Below are positions 59,636 through 64,000 of a stretch of DNA of 64,000 nt, one piece after another (within the stretch, counting starts at the first letter, position 1; the number at the start of each line of letters is the position of its first letter). The translations under genes were made by a program, and so were the position numbers. Source of the stretch: Raja brachyura (taxonomy: Eukaryota). A model generated the notes under the pieces. That model did not search any database. It saw nothing but the letters and a program-made list of their open reading frames with translations, and was not told where the DNA came from. The DNA is taken from NCBI GenBank assembly GCA_963514005.1, contig OY740786.1, forward strand, positions 37,696,001 through 37,760,000, in the 5' to 3' direction.

Positions 59636-62084
59636 TCACTTGGCTGTAAGCCTGGGCTGCCACTGCTCAGGGCCGGTGTCCCGTCAGTCCAGGGTCACCC
59701 CGGACATCTCCAGCCACCCCCGGACAGGGATGGGACACTCGGGAGTAGTAATTCAGCAGCGCTTGCAGTGTCGTAGACCCGGGTTCGATTCCAACTATGG
59801 ATGAACCGCAGGTCTGTAAACATGCAGCAGCACAGTTGCCGAGAATGTTTATCGCAAGTGAACTTCGACAAATCCCATGATTGCTTGCCTTCTGTGCATG
59901 TCCCACAGCCTTGTTATTAGCAACATTTGTAACAGGCATAATTGACTTAATGGACTTTAACTGCCACCTTAAGTCACTTGCTCTTCCCTTGTCAGATATT
60001 CCCTTTGTTTTACCCATCATGCCCCACTTCCCTGCTGACCCAAAACATTAACCTTTTCTCTCTCAAGCATGAATGGCTACTTTCAGCATTTTGTTTTTAC
60101 TTCAGAATTCTAGCATCTACAATTGTATCATTTTCCAAATACGTCATCCCTGATAGAATGCATAACAAAATAGATGATCTGCAATTAAGTGTTTACAGTT
60201 CTTCACAACAGACCAAGACCACAAATGGTGCAGATTTCTAGGCTTATGATTTTAGAAAGGTTTAATACAAGTTAGGTATATTAACTTGCAAAGAATGTAG
60301 ATTTACAACTTGAAAACCAATTATCACTAACTGCGCGAAATTGACATATAGCTTCCATAATAAGATACTAATGAGTACTCTCTTAATAGTAGAAATACAA
60401 ATTGCTTATAAAAGACTGAAAAGGTTGAAAATTATATCGAATAGAACAGATTTTTAATTAAATGCTGGAGACACTGCAACATACAAGTTATCATACGAGA
60501 TAACTTTATTAACATGGAAAACCAATGCACAGTCCAATGGTAAATCATTCTTATGACAGCCAAGGGAAGCACCTTGATCTTTGTGTGTTCATGCTTCCAT
60601 AACTAGGTCAATCTCACTTTTCACTCATGTACAATTAGAAATTTTACGGTGAATTTAAAATCTGAAATCATTCTGAATAGCAATATTCCAGTTTGCATAT
60701 CAATATGACCACTTATTATACACCATCTTAAACTTTAGCGAGTTCTCTAGTAGCTTCACCAAAGGCTAAACTATAAATGTGAAACCAAGCATGCAAGATA
60801 TTAAGCTATAGGATCAAAAACTCTGAAGTAAGCTATAAGCTTCTCAGAAAGGTGCAGAGGCATGGGTTAAGGGAGGGAGTTCCAGCGTTTGAAGCCAGTA
60901 AATAAAGATACTCCATCAAAAGTGTGATTGAATTAGAGTAGATCACAAGAACAAGACTGGAAGAGTGCAGATACAAGGTTAAGGACTGAAAAAGACTGAA
61001 AAAGTAGAAGGGAGAAGTGAAGGGTGCTAATTATATAAAACTGAGGTATTGCTTAACTGGAAGCCAATGTAACAAATGAGAAAGCAAGCAACATCCTTCC
61101 ATGGGTTTCACTACAAGATACTGTGATAGCAGAGGAGCAGCGTATCTCAAACAGCAACCTCTGGATTTCCAATGCAAAATAAAAGCAAGAGTGAGGCACC
61201 ATTCAACGATATCATAGCTGACCCCTGACCTTGTCAACTTCCTTGTGGATCCCCATTACTCTCTTCAGGAACCAAGAATTCCATATTCACCACTTTCCCC
61301 TAATCAATAGACTATTCCCTGTCTAAGACTACATCCTTTCATTCAAGACTCTACAGGCAAAGGTTAGGCCTTCTTAGCAGATAATTCAAGATTATCACTC
61401 GTTCTTGAATATGGGCTTGCCTTTCTCAGCTGTCCAAGTATGCTTGGATTAGTATTTCTGACCGTAATAAAATTTTCTCCCCAAATGCTCACACATGGAA
61501 TACTGGTAGGTTTCCCCAAAGACTAACAATTGAAGAAGATGGAACATTGTGGGAAATGTTTTTTGATTCTACCAGAACACCCTTCAGAATGCCTAAGGAG
61601 GAAATATGTAAAATTACCCATGTAAAGGGTGAATTTTTTTATTTTTCCATCTTTAAATGAAAAGATTTCAGTAAAGTCAATAATGATAGCGGCTGCTTCC
61701 TTGGTTAAAACATGAAGCAACAGTTTGTCAGAAACATAACCAAGCGTGCACAGCACCTGCGTTTACATTGCAGTTTCAAATTATTCAAAATACATTTTTG
61801 ACTGCATTCTTAGTCAGGTACGGGTTTTGGTGGTCAAAACAGTCACCTAATAAATACGTCCCATAGAAATTGCAGTATCATTGGATGAAGTATATTCAAA
61901 GCTTAAACACTTGAACCATTAGAGGTTTAATTCAAGTCTGTTGTTCCAACTAGGTTGAGATGCGTATCTCCATTTCACCTTGAATTGGAAATTATTTGCC
62001 ATTTGTGAGTCAGACTTAGTGAGATGGTTTTATTTCAAATGTATCTTTTCTTCCCTCGGTTGACAAAACACCAATAATTTAACC

Positions 62085-62515
62085 TAGATAGACACAAAAT
62101 GCTGTAGTAATTCAGGCAGCATCTCTGGATAGAAGGAATTGGTGACAACAAAGCATACAAAGATAAAATCAAATCAGCGGGCCAGTCAGACTGGTCGGAG
62201 ACCTAGGAAAGGGGAGGTGAGAGAGGGAAAGCAAGGGTTACTTGAAGTTAGAGACATCAATATTCATACCACTGGGTATAACCTTTGTTGTCACCTTCTA
62301 CTAGTTAAAAATGATCTATTCTACATGTTCCTTGAACTGCATCCCCTTCAATGTCTCATTTCCACACCTTAACTTTGTCTCCCTCTCCCCTGAACAAGGA
62401 TCTCTAGCCAAAACATCACCCACTCCTATCCAGAGATGCTGCCTGTCCTGCTGAGTTACTCCAGCACTTTGTGTCTATCTTCAGGGTAACCCAGCATCTG
62501 CAGTTCCTTTCTCCA
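62085..62515. mobile_element. Decayed head-to-head PLE 3'-end copies
   Basis: AGACACAAAATGCTG... on one side and ...CAGAGATGCTGCCTGTCCTGCTGAGTTACTCCAGC...CAGCATCTGCAGTTCC on the other. GMNID remnant at ~62255-62270 (minus). Confidence 0.65.
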
Positions 62516-62772
62516 CCTAATAATTTAACTTAAGTGTTTTGGTTAAGTAAATTGTTTCCAATTTCATTTAAGGTTTAGAAAGATCACTCCATGCCCAAGC
62601 AGGATAGAAGTTGCATGGGAACCAACAGGCGTCAGAATCCTGAGATTCTGGTTTTGAACACTGAAGCTTCTGTTTTGACTTCAATCTCTGGAATTCTCTC
62701 CCTCAACCCACTCCCAAGGTTTAGGATTGGAATCAATGAACATTAGGTCTTAGAAATGTAAAACTGCAAGTA

Positions 62773-62823
62773 GGTTTATATGCAGATGCATGCCTTTCAA
62801 AGGCATGCATCTGCATATAAACC
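62773..62823. repeat. Perfect 25-bp-arm palindrome with 1-nt spacer
   Basis: GGTTTATATGCAGATGCATGCCTTT-C-AAAGGCATGCATCTGCATATAAACC. Confidence 0.95.
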
Positions 62824-62952
62824 GTTTAAGACCACCTTTCTTGTTTGAAACCTGGTCAGAGGTACACAATTGACAATTAGTGTATTACACTTACAGTGTT
62901 AACAGTTTGTTTACAACCAGCCTTGCTCCTTTAGCATAGCAATCATACTTAC

Positions 62953-63041
62953 TTTTGTGGAGATCTGTTTTCCACCTCAGCCTTCAGATGCAAATTCTCT
63001 CGCACAAGATCCCCATTTTGCATACGAAGTTTTCGGTTTGC
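62953..63041 (-). CDS. OBI1: OBI1/RNF219 penultimate exon (89 nt) ANRKLRMQNGDLVRENLHLKAEVENRSPQK
   Basis: CTCTTAG acceptor and GTAAGT donor. The phase-2 end (AA) joins the first A of the terminal exon to give Lys in frame. Resembles RNF219 ANKKLKLENGGLVRENLRLKAEVDNRSPQK. Absent from the ORF track; upstream exons with the RING domain lie beyond the window. Confidence 0.9.
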
Positions 63042-63251
63042 CTAAGAGGGAAAAAAATTGAAAGCATCAAATTCTGGGTCCTGAAAGAGGAAGCTTTACA
63101 CTAAATCGTTCAATGTCAAAGTAAAATTGACAAGTTCAATAACAATGTTGATGGGATGTATCTTTATAGGATGTATTTATTAGGTGACTGTTTTGACCAC
63201 CAAAACCCATACCTAACTAAGAATGCAGTCAAAAATGTATTTTGTTTAATT

Positions 63252-63742
63252 TGCTATTGAGGGAGTGCAGCGTAGGTTCACAAGGTTAATTCCCGGGATG
63301 GCGAGACTGTCATATGCTGAGAGAATGGAGCAGCTGGGCTTGTATACACTGGAATTTAGAAGGATGAGAGGGGATCTTATTGAAACATAAGATTATTAAG
63401 GGTTTGGACACGCTAGAGGCAGGAAACATGTTCCTGATGTTGGGGGAGTCCACAACCAGGGGCCACAGTTTAAGAATAAGGGGTGTGGCATTTAGAATGG
63501 AGATGAGGAGACACTTTTTCACACAGAGTTGTGAGTCTGTGGAATTCTCTGCCTTAGAGGGTGGAGGCTGGTCATCTGGATACTTTCAAGAGAGCTAGAC
63601 AGGGCTCTTTAAGATGGCGGAGTCAGGGATATGGGGAGAAGGCAGGAACAGGGTACGGATTGTGGATGATCAGCCATGATCACATTGAATTGCGGTGCTG
63701 GCTCGAAGGTTTGAATGGCCTACTCCTGCACCTATTGTCTAT
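63252..63742 (+). mobile_element. CR1 LINE 3' part
   Basis: AIEGVQRRFTRLIPGM...RRMRGDL; KGLDTLEAGNMF.MLGES.TRGHSLRIRG; standard 3' UTR. Confidence 0.88.
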
Positions 63743-64000
63743 TAAATGACATACACATGTTTCCAAGGCTTAAAATCATGTGAAACAGGACAGGGTGCAC
63801 CTTTGAGAGATCTTTCCCTTCCTTTCAATACTTACAAGTTTGAATTAAAATATATTTTGGAAATTAATATATTACAGCAAAATGCAGTGCATGTTTTTAA
63901 TACTTTAATGGCAGCTATGAGTCAATCACAAGACATCAAGGGAATGTGCTGAAAGTAAAATGTTTCCTGAACAACTGATTTGAACATACATAGTACTCAA

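Larger units (their letters stand above)
61786..63244. repeat. 80-bp inverted repeat pair (61786-61865 and 63165-63244)
   Basis: Manual alignment gives 76/80 identity, with all differences being transitions. Confidence 0.9.

Noticed and set aside
59735-59795. tRNA gene suggested by the B-box GGTTCGATTCC
   Set aside because: No full cloverleaf or terminator. It resembles a decayed head of the tRNA-derived SINEs in this window.

Overview
Vertebrate genomic DNA, most likely a cartilaginous fish (skate/ray-like; inferred from the repeat content, not proven). Two protein-coding genes lie on the minus strand. One is a complete two-exon POU4F1/Brn3a (33945-33823 + 33450-32464, about 369 aa). The other is the last two coding exons of OBI1/RNF219 (63041-62953 + 53236-51733), the same neighbour pair and orientation as in human. 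The rest is transposon-rich: CR1 LINEs (one young near-identical inverted pair), V-SINE/HE1-like tRNA SINEs, Rex1/Babar and L1-like fragments, two Gypsy remnants, a decayed IR/DR Tc1 transposon and a hAT-type MITE. The most notable signal is a family of more than ten short Penelope-like-element (PLE) terminal repeats, several carrying a minimal hammerhead ribozyme motif (CUGAAGA-stem II-GAAACGUC). They are physically linked to a GIY-YIG endonuclease tail at 58.4 kb and include an identical tandem pair with a 204-nt period that could fold as a dimeric hammerhead. Other leads are an 80-bp inverted repeat enclosing an OBI1 exon, a ~26-kb CpG-retaining domain around POU4F1, divergent CTCF-like sites, and paired Pumilio elements. 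All family assignments are from motif recognition only; no searches were run.
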